64,000 nt of DNA from Acidobacteriota bacterium (GCA_963664705.1 OY761556.1:416001-480000); one strand, 5' to 3'. Positions 19,949 to 30,088 are shown, counted from the stretch's first letter. The notes: generated by a model from the sequence alone, not told the origin. Translations and numbers: made by a program.

Positions 19949-22441
19949 CTATATTTTCCCCAGGGCCTTCAGGACTCTTGCGGGCGTCAACGGATAATCC
20001 AGCGCCCACTTGCCTGTCGCGTTATGGATCGCGCCCGCGGTGACTCCCGACAGGGATGCGCCGGTAGCTTCTCCAATGCCGCAGGCTCCATAGGATGAGT
20101 ATCCCATGTGGCTTTCATTGAGGATGCATTCAATATCCGGGTAATCATTCATCGTTCCGATGTGATACCCGATGTTGTCAAAATTCAGCCCCACGCCGGT
20201 GCGCGGACAGTAAATCTTTTCCTCGGTTGCGCTTCTCCCCAGCCCCATGATCGCGCCGCCGTATTGTTGAGCCTCAGCGCTGCGTCGGCTGAACAGATGG
20301 CCGACGTCATTGGTGCACACGAGGTTTGTGACGAGCACTTCCCCGGTTTCGGTGTCCACTTCGACCTCGATAAAATGCGCCTGCCGGCTCATGATGTACA
20401 TCTGCGGATGTGGTTTACCATCAAGCGTCAGCCCGCTGACGTTGGGCACAACCGGATGGACAATGGCCGGATCATCGCCCCAGTTCGGACTCGCGACTTC
20501 CTTAACGCTTTTTCTGCTTTTCGGATTTGCTTTCTCAAAAACAAACCCGTCCTTGACATCGAGCTCTTCCGGCTTTTTGCCGGCAAAAGATACGGAGCTC
20601 TTGCTCGGTGCAAACCCGCGCGGCGGGCCTCCCATCCCAGCCGGCTTGATTGCGTATTCAATGATCTTTCGTTTCAGTTCGCGTGCAGCAACGACGAGTT
20701 GGGGTGTTGATTGACCAATCCCCATGGCTCCGCCGGGAACCCAGAATTGGAAGGTGTCGGCATCCGTCCGTTGATTCTGAACAATAATGTCTTCGTAATT
20801 CAGGCCCGATTCTGAAGCGACGCAGTGGCGGAATGAAGACTCGGTATCCATGCCGAAGTCGGGACGCAAACCTACGATGGTAAGCTTCCCCTGGCGCAGA
20901 ATAAGGCATGCAAACTGCCTGCCGGCTATCCAGCTCCATTCATTGATATGCATGAAACCAAGACCGTGCATCCTGCCGTTAGGAAGTTTTCTTGTGCCAG
21001 GCGCATGCCATTTCTTATCCCATTGAATGGCGTCTTTTCCCAGTTTGATTATTTCCCTCAGGCTTTGTCGCTGGGGGAATGCGTTTTCTTTCTGGTATTT
21101 TGTTACCCAATCCCAATCGTGCCCCTGGCAGCCATCGTTCTTAAGCGCGACTTCCGTGGGATCCAAGCCAAACTCAGCCGCAACCTTGGAAAACATTACA
21201 TGGTGTGGCACGCAGCATTGGGACCCGTGCCTGAAACATACGTGATGTCCGTGGTTGATCAGCGCCCATTGTTGCGTATTGCGGAAATTGTGAATGCTGG
21301 TGGATTCGTGCGTTTTGTCGATGTGAAGTTCACCGACGGGTCCTGTCACATCCCAGTCGACTGCCGTGATGGTCCCGTCTTTTTTTGCCCCTACCTTGCA
21401 GCGATAGATCGCGGCATCATCTCCGTTTGCATAAAAATTGCTCTCGTCATAAAGAAGCTTTACCGGCCGGTCTTTTGCCCTTTTGGCAAGAATGACCGCG
21501 AGTCGGATAAAGGCCGTGGAGTATCCCAGCCATGCAATACCACCGTACCAGGCACCCTGGTACGGCACCGTAACCGTCAGTTTGTTGTGCTCGCAAAGCG
21601 GCGGGATAGGCTGCATGCGGTCCGTGGGCTTCGCAGCGGCTTCAACATCAACACTGCCATAGCCGAGCGAGACCTGAGACAGCCCTGCCTGTACGGTGCT
21701 CGGCATAGTCAGGACGGGGTGCATATGGGCGGTATGGTGTGGCCACAGATCCAGGTGGTCTCCGCGCCATTGAGCGACGCAAGCCATTGCCTCCACACCC
21801 GCCGGCGTATTCGTGCCCCTGGTAAACGTGTATTCAATCGTCTTGTCTGCCTCTGCAAATCCTTTCTCGATGTCCCCGATTTCAGTCGATTTGGTGGGCA
21901 CCAGGGTATTGGGATCCTTCAAGTCTTTTCCCAGCCGCAGTATTTCCGGCATGATCTTGGGCGCATCCGGCTTCAAGGATTTTTCCATGTCCAGGATGAA
22001 GGGCAGCTCTTCCCACTCAATCTGAATCATCCTGAGGGCGCGGTCGCATAGCTCCTCGCTGTCGGCTACGACAACAACTCCCATCGGATGCTGGAAGAAA
22101 TCGCCGGTTCGCGGAAGGGTAAGAATGTTGTATCGACTGGAGCAGTATCCTCCAGTTGAGTTTTCAAACTGAATGTCGGGATCGTCGAACCGCAGGATAT
22201 CCCGGACGCCAACAAGGGCTGCCGCCTTGCTTGTGTCCATTTTTGTTATTTTTGCATGCGCGTACGGGGATGTGAGTATCTTCGCGTACAGCATCCCCGG
22301 AAGAACCACATCTCGCGTAAAAACTGCCTGGCCGGATAGCTTGTCATGGGCGTCCTGACGGGACATTCCCTTGTCAACAGGTGAGACTTCCGGCGGTTTC
22401 CATGTCCACGGTCTGAAATCTTCCGGCATTCCATTCTCCAT
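19949..22441 (-). CDS. Xanthine dehydrogenase-family molybdopterin-binding (large) subunit, paralog 1
   Basis: GMLYAKILTSPYAHA, CFRHG, EVEVDTETGEV, AQQYGG, GIGE and PLTPARVL motifs; the start may be 22429. Confidence 0.92.
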   Translation of the reverse strand: MENGMPEDFRPWTWKPPEVSPVDKGMSRQDAHDKLSGQAVFTRDVVLPGMLYAKILTSPYAHAKITKMDTSKAAALVGVRDILRFDDPDIQFENSTGGYCSSRYNILTLPRTGDFFQHPMGVVVVADSEELCDRALRMIQIEWEELPFILDMEKSLKPDAPKIMPEILRLGKDLKDPNTLVPTKSTEIGDIEKGFAEADKTIEYTFTRGTNTPAGVEAMACVAQWRGDHLDLWPHHTAHMHPVLTMPSTVQAGLSQVSLGYGSVDVEAAAKPTDRMQPIPPLCEHNKLTVTVPYQGAWYGGIAWLGYSTAFIRLAVILAKRAKDRPVKLLYDESNFYANGDDAAIYRCKVGAKKDGTITAVDWDVTGPVGELHIDKTHESTSIHNFRNTQQWALINHGHHVCFRHGSQCCVPHHVMFSKVAAEFGLDPTEVALKNDGCQGHDWDWVTKYQKENAFPQRQSLREIIKLGKDAIQWDKKWHAPGTRKLPNGRMHGLGFMHINEWSWIAGRQFACLILRQGKLTIVGLRPDFGMDTESSFRHCVASESGLNYEDIIVQNQRTDADTFQFWVPGGAMGIGQSTPQLVVAARELKRKIIEYAIKPAGMGGPPRGFAPSKSSVSFAGKKPEELDVKDGFVFEKANPKSRKSVKEVASPNWGDDPAIVHPVVPNVSGLTLDGKPHPQMYIMSRQAHFIEVEVDTETGEVLVTNLVCTNDVGHLFSRRSAEAQQYGGAIMGLGRSATEEKIYCPRTGVGLNFDNIGYHIGTMNDYPDIECILNESHMGYSSYGACGIGEATGASLSGVTAGAIHNATGKWALDYPLTPARVLKALGKI

Positions 22442-22460
22442 TGTAAAAAGATTCCCGATG

Positions 22461-22523
22461 TCAAATTTCGGATTCCAGATTCCCGATCTCCAGTCCGAAA
22501 TCGAGAATCTGGAATTTAGAATT
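22461..22523. repeat. Inverted heptamer-repeat hairpin (GATTCCA-like)
   Basis: aatttcg gattcca gattccc gat ... atcgag aatctgg aatttag aatt. Confidence 0.65.
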
Positions 22524-22529
22524 CACTCA

Positions 22530-24080
22530 TTACCTGGGGTCGACACAGGTAAAATTTTCGGCTTTGTTGATATCGCCGGATCCCTTGAATTTGGGGACTT
22601 TGGGATAGACGCATGCGGGCCTCGTCCGGGACACCACGCCTTTGTCTCGCTGTACGAAGGTAATTGTTTCCGGAGCTTCTCCTTTTTCTACCCAATTCTG
22701 AATGGCGGTAAAGGAGTCGAAGTCCTTCTGGCCGCCCATGAAACCCGGGCAGCCGGTCGATCCTGGGATCATGAACATTCGGGCAAAATCCTGCGTCTTG
22801 CCGGGTCCGCCCATGGTGCTTTCCACTTTCTCGTAATATTCCAGATAGCTGCGCACCGGCAGCGCATTCGAATTCCACGACCCGGCCAGGATGATCTTTC
22901 CGCCGGCCTTCTTAAAAGGCCTTAGGTCCGGATTATTGGCGTCCACCACTTTGCCGGCTTTTTTGATCCCCAGGCGAGTGTCCTTATCAACATCAAATGT
23001 GCGCCAGTCCCAGTTGAGGTCTTCTTTAACCATTCCTTTGAAGTAATCGACATTAACAAAGAAGGGATCTTTTTCAACCATGATAGGAGCCCAGGTCAAC
23101 TCGCTTCCCGGCTGGAAGCCGCTGTAGATCTGCGTTCCATCCTTGAATTTTGCTCCGGCATAGATCTTTTTCACCGTATCCACCTGGGCTGCAGTCAGGC
23201 AGGTCGGTTCATCGGTGTTGCCGCTGCACTGGATGGTTTTTGGGTCAAATTTGCATTCTCGCGGGTCGGTAATCAAACCATCTTTGAAGCCGTCAATGGC
23301 ATCGCAGGCTTCAATGGCGGCTTGGTTGATGATCCCGAGCTTCTTTCCGATATAGCCGGGAGCATTGACTCCATCTTTCAGGGCTACCCAGCTTATGTAC
23401 AGCGATCCGGGCTGTAAATGAGAGATCCAGTAGGCGGGATCGGTTACGACGATTCCGTCATAATCGTTCGGGTAGCGCTGTGCTTCGTTCAGTCCCTGGT
23501 TGCTTCCGTTGTGGCAGCTGTTCCAGTAGGAGTGCTGAGCAGGTTTGCCGTAATATGCAGTGATAAATGCTTTTGCTGCAACCGTCATTTCGTGAACCGC
23601 GCGATAACCCCAGTCCGCCCATTTTTCCGGGTGGCCGACTGCCCATTTTGCCGTGTCGTCAACATGGCCGGTATCAGTGGATGCGGTTGCCCATCCCTGC
23701 GCGACATTGCCTGCAAGAGCACCGCGGGCCAGGGATCCGATGAACCCCGGGTTCCCCACGCCAAAAAATCTGCCGTTCCAATTGGAGGCGAGCGGGAGCC
23801 AGACCTCGATTCCGATGTGCGAATCTTTGGATGGCGCCGAATAGGCTTCAATGCGGCAGAACGGAACCGAAACCTTTTGTCCGGCCTTGGTGTTGATAAA
23901 ACCTTCCTGTACGGGCATTTCCCATCCGGCATCCATGGCCTTTGCCGAGGTAATGGTGAGGTTGGGTATCTTGAGCGATGTCAGGCTTTCGCAGGATTGT
24001 TGAGCATGTACGGGCAATGTAAGAAACAGGAAAGCGGCCAGCATTCCTATCGCGATACAGGAGCAAGTTCGCAAATTCAT
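22530..24080 (-). CDS. Tannase/feruloyl esterase family alpha/beta hydrolase, secreted
   Basis: Signal peptide; EVWLP-NWNGRF, STDTGH, YPNDYDG and NWVEKGEAP motifs; nucleophile elbow reads SCHNGS. Confidence 0.88.
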   Translation of the reverse strand: MNLRTCSCIAIGMLAAFLFLTLPVHAQQSCESLTSLKIPNLTITSAKAMDAGWEMPVQEGFINTKAGQKVSVPFCRIEAYSAPSKDSHIGIEVWLPLASNWNGRFFGVGNPGFIGSLARGALAGNVAQGWATASTDTGHVDDTAKWAVGHPEKWADWGYRAVHEMTVAAKAFITAYYGKPAQHSYWNSCHNGSNQGLNEAQRYPNDYDGIVVTDPAYWISHLQPGSLYISWVALKDGVNAPGYIGKKLGIINQAAIEACDAIDGFKDGLITDPRECKFDPKTIQCSGNTDEPTCLTAAQVDTVKKIYAGAKFKDGTQIYSGFQPGSELTWAPIMVEKDPFFVNVDYFKGMVKEDLNWDWRTFDVDKDTRLGIKKAGKVVDANNPDLRPFKKAGGKIILAGSWNSNALPVRSYLEYYEKVESTMGGPGKTQDFARMFMIPGSTGCPGFMGGQKDFDSFTAIQNWVEKGEAPETITFVQRDKGVVSRTRPACVYPKVPKFKGSGDINKAENFTCVDPR

Positions 24081-24175
24081 AGAAATACCTCTTGGGAAAT
24101 AGAGTTTAGTCCAGGTCTCCTCTGGTCAGAGATGGGGGGTATTATACTAGTGTTTAAGGAAGGGAAGTTAGTGAT

Positions 24176-24220
24176 AAAAAAGCGCCATGCATTGCATAAA
24201 ATCAAGCAATGCATGGCGCT
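24176..24220 (-). terminator. Intrinsic terminator after Mo subunit paralog 2
   Basis: 15-bp stem AGCGCCATGCATTGC/GCAATGCATGGCGCT followed by a U-tract on the minus strand. Confidence 0.8.
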
Positions 24221-24228
24221 TGGTCCGA

Positions 24229-26640
24229 CTAGATTTTCCCGAGGGCTTTCAAAACTCTATCCGGTGTTGTCGGGTAATCCAAAACCCATTTCCCGGTTGC
24301 ATTGTAAATGGCCGCAGCCGTGATTCCCGACATGGCGGCACCTGAATTTTCTCCGATGCCAAAGGATCCGAATGCTGCGTACCCCAGATGGCTTTCATTG
24401 AGGAGACAGGTCGAGGCCGGGTAGTCGTTCATCGTCCCGATATGGTAATTGACCAGGTCGAAGTTCAAGGCGACACCGGTGCGCGGACACCAGACATGTT
24501 CCTCGGTGGCACTCCTCCCCAATCCCATGATGGCTCCGCCATACTGTTGAGCCTGGGCTCCGCGAGGATTAAAGAGATGCCCGACATCGTTGACACAGAC
24601 GATGTTGGTGACGTCGACCATCCCTGTCTCCGTATCCACTTCGACTTCAATGAAGTGAGCCTGCCGTCCCATCGCGTACCAGGTGCTGTCGGGTTTCCCA
24701 TCCACCGTCAGACTGGTTACTCTTCCCACCACAGGATGGGTAATGGCCGGATCTGCATCCCAGAATATGTCCGCGACTTCGCGGACTGTCTTGCGGTTGG
24801 ATGGATTCGCTTTTTCGAAGACGTAACTGTCTTTGATGTCCAGATCCTCCGGCTTCTTGCCTGGGAATGCCGGCGGTTGTGCCGTCTTGAAGAAGTGGCT
24901 CGTATTGTAGGCGGGGGTTGGCCGCACAGCATATTCGAGAATTTTCTTCTTCAGTTCCTTTGCAGCCATTATCAACTGGGTGGTGATAAAGGTTGTTGAA
25001 TAGGATCCTCCCGGCTGCCACATGTAATAGCTGCTGTTATCCGAGCGCTTTTCGTGGATGACAGTGTGTTCGTACTTCAGCCCCAGTTCCGAAGCTACAA
25101 TGTGGCGTGCCCCGGATTCGCTGTCCACTCCGAGGTCCGCTCGCACTCCCACGATCGCCAGAATGCCATTGCGAAGCATCAGACAGCCAAAGGTCATTCC
25201 CGGCTCAGGCGCCCAGAAAGCCCATTCATTGACTTCCATAAAGCCCATGCCGTGCATCCTGCCATTCGGCAGTTTCTTGGAGCCTGGCGCGTGCCACTTC
25301 TTGTCCCAGGCGATGGCCGCCTTTCCCTTATCAATGACTTCTTTCAGAGACCAGCGCTGAGGAAATCCGTTTTCCTTCTGGTACCGCGTAACCCAATCCC
25401 AGTCGTGCCCTCTACATCCGTCGTTCTTTAGCGCGACCTCTGTTGGATCCAGTCCGAATTCCGCGGCGACGCGGCTGATCATCACATCATGCGGAACAGT
25501 CGCATGGGAGCCATGGCGGAAACAGATGAGATGCCCCTTGTTGACCAGTGGCCACTGCACCGTGCCGCGTATGTTGGGTATCTTGGTGCATTCGTAGGTT
25601 TTGTCGACGGCGGCATTGCGGACTCCAATCAAGTCCCACTGACAAGCTGTAATGGTTCCGTCCTTTTTCGCTCCTACCTTGCAGGTATATGTTCCCGCTT
25701 CGTCTCCGAGGACCAGGTGATTGCTCTGGTCATACAGAAGTTTTACCGGTCGGCCTTCCGCTCTCCTGGCCAGGATGACCGCAATGCGTGTGAAGCACAT
25801 CGAGTAGGCAAGCCACGAAAAACCGCCGAAATAGGCGCCCTGATAGGGCATGGTCACGGTAATCTTCGACCAGTCCGCTAATGGCGCGACCGCTTTTTCT
25901 CTTTTGTCCAACGGGTTGACCAGGAACCATTGCGGAATATCCTGATGATGAACCCACATATCGAGAAAGTCTCCCCGCCATTGAGCCACGCAGACCGCCG
26001 GTTCTACTCCCGCGGACGAGTTGTATTCTCTTTTGATCGTGTATTGGATCACCTTGTCGGCTTCGGCAAATCCCTTTTCCATGTCGCCGTAGGTCACGTC
26101 TTCCGCAAAGATAGTGTTCGGATCCTTTGCCTTCTCGTTCACCCGTTTGACTTCGGGCATGGTTTTGATTGCGTTCGGCCTGGCAGCCTCTTCCATGTCC
26201 AGGATGAACGGCTGCTCTTCCCAGTCGATTTTCACGGCTCGCAGGGCTCTGTCGCAGGCTTCCTCGCTGTCGCCAACAACCGCAACGCCCATCGGGTGAT
26301 TATAATAATCGCTGGCTCCGGGAAGGCTGAGGATATCGCACATGCCGGAAACCTCGTACCATGCGCCTGTCCCGCTGTCATATTTGATGTCGGAATCATC
26401 AAAGGTCATGATGTCCCGTACACCCGGCAAAGCCTTTGCCTGGCTTATGTCGATCTTCGTGATTTTTGCGTGGGCATAGGGAGATGTGAGAATTTTGGCA
26501 TACAGCATCCCTGGCAGATAAATGTCTCTGGTATAGGCTGCTTTGCCGCTTGCCCTTTCATGCCCATCCTGTCGCGGCATATTGTTCTGGGTTTTTCGAT
26601 AGTCTTCTGGCACCGGCCAGGTCCAGGGTCTGTAATCCAT
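24229..26640 (-). CDS. Xanthine dehydrogenase-family molybdopterin-binding (large) subunit, paralog 2
   Basis: Same motif set as 19949..22441 (CFRHG, ALKNDGC, AQQYGG, GIGE). Confidence 0.92.
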   Translation of the reverse strand: MDYRPWTWPVPEDYRKTQNNMPRQDGHERASGKAAYTRDIYLPGMLYAKILTSPYAHAKITKIDISQAKALPGVRDIMTFDDSDIKYDSGTGAWYEVSGMCDILSLPGASDYYNHPMGVAVVGDSEEACDRALRAVKIDWEEQPFILDMEEAARPNAIKTMPEVKRVNEKAKDPNTIFAEDVTYGDMEKGFAEADKVIQYTIKREYNSSAGVEPAVCVAQWRGDFLDMWVHHQDIPQWFLVNPLDKREKAVAPLADWSKITVTMPYQGAYFGGFSWLAYSMCFTRIAVILARRAEGRPVKLLYDQSNHLVLGDEAGTYTCKVGAKKDGTITACQWDLIGVRNAAVDKTYECTKIPNIRGTVQWPLVNKGHLICFRHGSHATVPHDVMISRVAAEFGLDPTEVALKNDGCRGHDWDWVTRYQKENGFPQRWSLKEVIDKGKAAIAWDKKWHAPGSKKLPNGRMHGMGFMEVNEWAFWAPEPGMTFGCLMLRNGILAIVGVRADLGVDSESGARHIVASELGLKYEHTVIHEKRSDNSSYYMWQPGGSYSTTFITTQLIMAAKELKKKILEYAVRPTPAYNTSHFFKTAQPPAFPGKKPEDLDIKDSYVFEKANPSNRKTVREVADIFWDADPAITHPVVGRVTSLTVDGKPDSTWYAMGRQAHFIEVEVDTETGMVDVTNIVCVNDVGHLFNPRGAQAQQYGGAIMGLGRSATEEHVWCPRTGVALNFDLVNYHIGTMNDYPASTCLLNESHLGYAAFGSFGIGENSGAAMSGITAAAIYNATGKWVLDYPTTPDRVLKALGKI

Positions 26641-26657
26641 GGTTACACCTCATATCG

Positions 26658-26741
26658 GATTGACGATTTACGATTGTAGATTGACGATTGAAAAAACAAA
26701 GCATGCTTTCAAATCGTCATCGTAAATCGTCAATCGTAAAT
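26658..26741. repeat. Inverted heptamer-repeat hairpin, (GATTGAC/GATTTAC)n ... (GTCAATC/GTAAATC)n
   Basis: Tandem 7-mers in inverted orientation within an operon spacer. Confidence 0.85.
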
Positions 26742-26760
26742 TACAGGTTCTCTACTAAAA

Positions 26761-28191
26761 CTAATGCGTTCCGAACAATATGGCGCCCTGTTTCTGGAGG
26801 ATGTCCTGCAGTTCGGTCACATCCTGTTCGAGTTGTCTGGGCGTAATGCTCTTGCGCGCACAAATGCCGGCGGCCACACCCGCGGCCTGTCCCGTCACCA
26901 TCGTTTCCTGCAGAAATCTCTTATAGGAATCTCTGTCGGTTGAGATGGCTTTGCCTGCAACGAGCAGATTGTCGATCACCCGCGGCACGAGGCAGCGATA
27001 AGGTATATCGTACGATCCGCCGTCTTTAGGATGGACGACTCCCTGGTAGGCAATTGTGTCGCCGGTGGCGATGTGTTTGGCTCCTGACGAGAAGCCGCTC
27101 TTGCCGATTACATCCTTAAACTTTCTTGCCTCGGCACAGTCCGCTTTGGTCAGAACGTAATCGCCCATGATGCGGCGGCTTTCGCGGATGCGCAGTTCTG
27201 CGCACATGCGGGTCAGATAGGAGTTTTCGAAGCCGGGCATGTATTTCTTGATGAATTTCAGTGCCATCCGGATCTGTTTCCGGCATTCGACTTCGCAATA
27301 GGTCAGATCCCGAACATCCGTAGGATCGGAATTGCCCACCTGCGATGAGTGCTGGAAGTGCGCCTGCAGGTGGCCATTATCTCGGGGCATGATGAAGAAA
27401 CCTACGCCGCTGTATTCGTGCCATTCGCCCGCGGCCAGTGCCTTGTCGCGCAGGGAATAAAAGCCCATGAAATTGGTGATTTCCCGGACATCCTTGACCT
27501 GGCGGAATCTCTCGGCAATCTGTTCATTTGTCCAGTTAAGATAGGGATGCGTCATGAAGTTGATGTCGAAGGCCACGTTATCTTTGACATACTGCAGAAC
27601 CTTGTCCCAGTCCACACCATCGACTGTGAAAGATACGGTGTGTGGCTCCAGCTGATCCTTCGACACCTTTTCAAATGGGGCGCCGGCTCTTGCTGAGATT
27701 TCGCCTTCTCCCGTGCAATCAATGATTATCTTTCCAAGCACGGCCTGGCGGCCCGAGGGATTCTCAACGATGACTCCGCAGATCGCGTCGCCATTCTTCA
27801 GGACATCGACCGCGAGGGAGTGCAGTTGCAGATGGACGCCGTTCTCCTCCATCATTTCAAAAATCAGGAGTCCCCAGTAATCCGGGTCTACGAGCGCAAA
27901 GTCGTATCCAATCCTAAAGTCCGGAATAGTGTGCGGGATGGCATGCCCGGCCTTCAGCAACCGCTGATGGGTTTCCTCCATAATGCCGCCGATAATCTGC
28001 TCTTTGCGTGGATTGAACATGTAGGCATAGGCAAATCCCGGAGGTCCCGAGACATTCATTTGTCCGCCCAGAACACCCAACCGTTCAATGAGGATTGTCT
28101 TGGCGCCGGTACGGGCAGAGGCGATCGCTGCGGCCACTCCGGATGTTCCTCCGCCGACGACCACAACATCAAATTCTCCATAAATTTCCAT
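26761..28191 (-). CDS. FAD-dependent oxidoreductase (FAD_oxidored family)
   Basis: DVVVVGGGTSG, IDCTGEG, RESRRIMGDY, YDIPYRCLVP, NLLVAGK and GQAAGVAA motifs; start MEIYGEF at 28191. Confidence 0.9.
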   Translation of the reverse strand: MEIYGEFDVVVVGGGTSGVAAAIASARTGAKTILIERLGVLGGQMNVSGPPGFAYAYMFNPRKEQIIGGIMEETHQRLLKAGHAIPHTIPDFRIGYDFALVDPDYWGLLIFEMMEENGVHLQLHSLAVDVLKNGDAICGVIVENPSGRQAVLGKIIIDCTGEGEISARAGAPFEKVSKDQLEPHTVSFTVDGVDWDKVLQYVKDNVAFDINFMTHPYLNWTNEQIAERFRQVKDVREITNFMGFYSLRDKALAAGEWHEYSGVGFFIMPRDNGHLQAHFQHSSQVGNSDPTDVRDLTYCEVECRKQIRMALKFIKKYMPGFENSYLTRMCAELRIRESRRIMGDYVLTKADCAEARKFKDVIGKSGFSSGAKHIATGDTIAYQGVVHPKDGGSYDIPYRCLVPRVIDNLLVAGKAISTDRDSYKRFLQETMVTGQAAGVAAGICARKSITPRQLEQDVTELQDILQKQGAILFGTH

Positions 28192-28273
28192 TCTGGTGTC
28201 CCCTTGCTGGTTACAGGTAGCGGCTGCAAGTTTTGAGGCCTGTGACTTGCAGCTGCAACCTGTACTGTGTCTC

Positions 28274-30007
28274 CTACTTCTTGAATTCCTCGATATTCCT
28301 GGCGACCTTGCCGTTCGGCAAAGTGACCGGCAGGACAATGCCTTCGCTGTGCAATGCCCAGGGCAGAATAACACCGGAATGACCGCCGCGCCCGCCGGCA
28401 ACCACGATTTCAACATCCTTGGGCGAACGTGTTACCGGCATCGGATGTTTTGTCGCGAACTCGGGTGGGCGGACCGGTACAAGCCCTCTTCCGCGCACCA
28501 TGGGGGTATCGTGAACGGCGCGCAGATGAATGTGCTCGCGGATCATGTCTTTTGTGTATCCTGAATTCTTGAGCATCATTCCATGATCGGGCGTGAGGAC
28601 GAGGATGAGCGGGCCTGGAATGTAGGCGTTGTTGGTGCCGAGCGTGGTGCAGCAATCCGTAATCGTATCCAGGAGATCGTGGCCATTCAGGCTCAGGAAA
28701 TCAATGATATCGTGCTGCGGTTCCGCCTTGAGGACATAGACGGTGGTGGTTTCCGCGTCGTAGTGTTCCTCGTTAATCATCTGCCATTGGGCCAGACTCG
28801 GTTCTTCGGCAAAGCAGTAGGTAAATTCCGCCTGCGAGGCAATACAATCCAGATCGCAGATGCCGGGCACCGAACGACAGACGTTCAGGATAACCAGGTT
28901 TACAGCACGGCCCAACGTGGCATTTCCAGGATAGCCGGGACCGAGGCATCCTTGTTTGCCGGACAGCCCGATCTGCTGCGCAATGGGTCCGCTGACCAGA
29001 ACCAGGTTTCCCCCGGGATGCGAGGTCGTAACGGATTGAAGCAGATTGTATCTGCGGTCCGCCAGCGCTTTAAACGCAGCCACCAATACGGGCATGGCCT
29101 GCGGCTTACATCCGGCCATGACCGCGGCAATCGCGACATCCTTAACCGTAACGTCCTTGCCGGTCGGCCCGACTTCACGCCACAGCGTTTCGTCCGGGCT
29201 CCAGGGGCAGTAGGCATACATTCGGTTCAGCCGGGACTGAGTCGGCGGAATCACTGGCAGTCCATCTCCGATGTGCTCCCGGTCGAGATAATCCATGACC
29301 TCTTCCATGTAGCAGCCCGGTTCGCACAGTTTGTCCTCCTGGACTTTGAGTGCTTCCGTTATTGGCAGGAGGCCATCTGCGGCCGGAGGAACGAGATCCA
29401 TCTTGAAATCGATGCGGGCTACTTCTGCCAGTTTCTTGGGTTCGGCCGTCAACGAATCAGTGATGTAATCCCACTTCAGATCGATCTGTTGCCGGACTTC
29501 CTCAACAGTGCTCGCCTGGTAGATATCAATTTTGCACAGGCACAGGTTGCCGGCGCGATAGACGGCAACACCCTCCACCAGTTCGCCGCCCGGAGGCGCC
29601 GTAATATAGACGGTCGGGATACCAAGTTTTTCCAGCGCGATGGTTACAATGCACGTGGCGGGAGATGTTCCCATATCGCCAAGTGCTACCACGGCCGCAT
29701 CCGGCTTTTCCTTGGCCAGCATCGCCGCATATGCCTCCAGCGCTTTCGTGTCCTTTCCTCTAACGGTTTCCAGATAATCAATAAAATTGCTGATTCCCAT
29801 TTCACGAAAGCGCTCCTTGATACGGACAAAGACCTCTCCGTAATTGCAGAAGCTGAGTTTCGTGTTGTTGTAAAACAGAATTTTGCCTTTTTTCAGCTTA
29901 TCAATAGTTGTCCTGGGGGCCAGTTTTAGAATTGGCCTCTCCTGAATTCCACGCGGGTCCAACAAAGAAGTAAGTTTACCGTCCAAGTGAAGACACTCCT
30001 TTCGCAT
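28274..30007 (-). CDS. Fusion of a UGSC-(seleno)protein-like domain and its usual partner domain
   Basis: N-terminal LAPR...NNTK...ALGDMGTS...LEKLGIPTV; C-terminal GDGLPVIPPT, AVMAGCKP, NATLGRAV and IVVAGGRG. Confidence 0.7.
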   Translation of the reverse strand: MRKECLHLDGKLTSLLDPRGIQERPILKLAPRTTIDKLKKGKILFYNNTKLSFCNYGEVFVRIKERFREMGISNFIDYLETVRGKDTKALEAYAAMLAKEKPDAAVVALGDMGTSPATCIVTIALEKLGIPTVYITAPPGGELVEGVAVYRAGNLCLCKIDIYQASTVEEVRQQIDLKWDYITDSLTAEPKKLAEVARIDFKMDLVPPAADGLLPITEALKVQEDKLCEPGCYMEEVMDYLDREHIGDGLPVIPPTQSRLNRMYAYCPWSPDETLWREVGPTGKDVTVKDVAIAAVMAGCKPQAMPVLVAAFKALADRRYNLLQSVTTSHPGGNLVLVSGPIAQQIGLSGKQGCLGPGYPGNATLGRAVNLVILNVCRSVPGICDLDCIASQAEFTYCFAEEPSLAQWQMINEEHYDAETTTVYVLKAEPQHDIIDFLSLNGHDLLDTITDCCTTLGTNNAYIPGPLILVLTPDHGMMLKNSGYTKDMIREHIHLRAVHDTPMVRGRGLVPVRPPEFATKHPMPVTRSPKDVEIVVAGGRGGHSGVILPWALHSEGIVLPVTLPNGKVARNIEEFKK

Positions 30008-30088
30008 TCCTGATTTAGCACAAACAGCCTAATTTGGGGTGGCAGCCAGGTCAACGAAAATCGGGTAGGAATCTGTGCCGCGGGCGCC

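Noticed and set aside
28192-28416. N-terminal extension of the FAD oxidoreductase in the ORF track
   Set aside because: It overlaps the upstream gene and an intergenic hairpin. The Rossmann motif and RBS support a start at 28191.
29660-29685. Selenocysteine UGA recoding in the UGSC-like gene
   Set aside because: The codon at the Sec-equivalent position is ATG and the ORF has no in-frame TGA.
28583-29929. 448-aa antisense ORF, and similar ones at 20948-22051, 39853-41052 and 56713-57660
   Set aside because: These are shadows of well-supported genes on the opposite strand.
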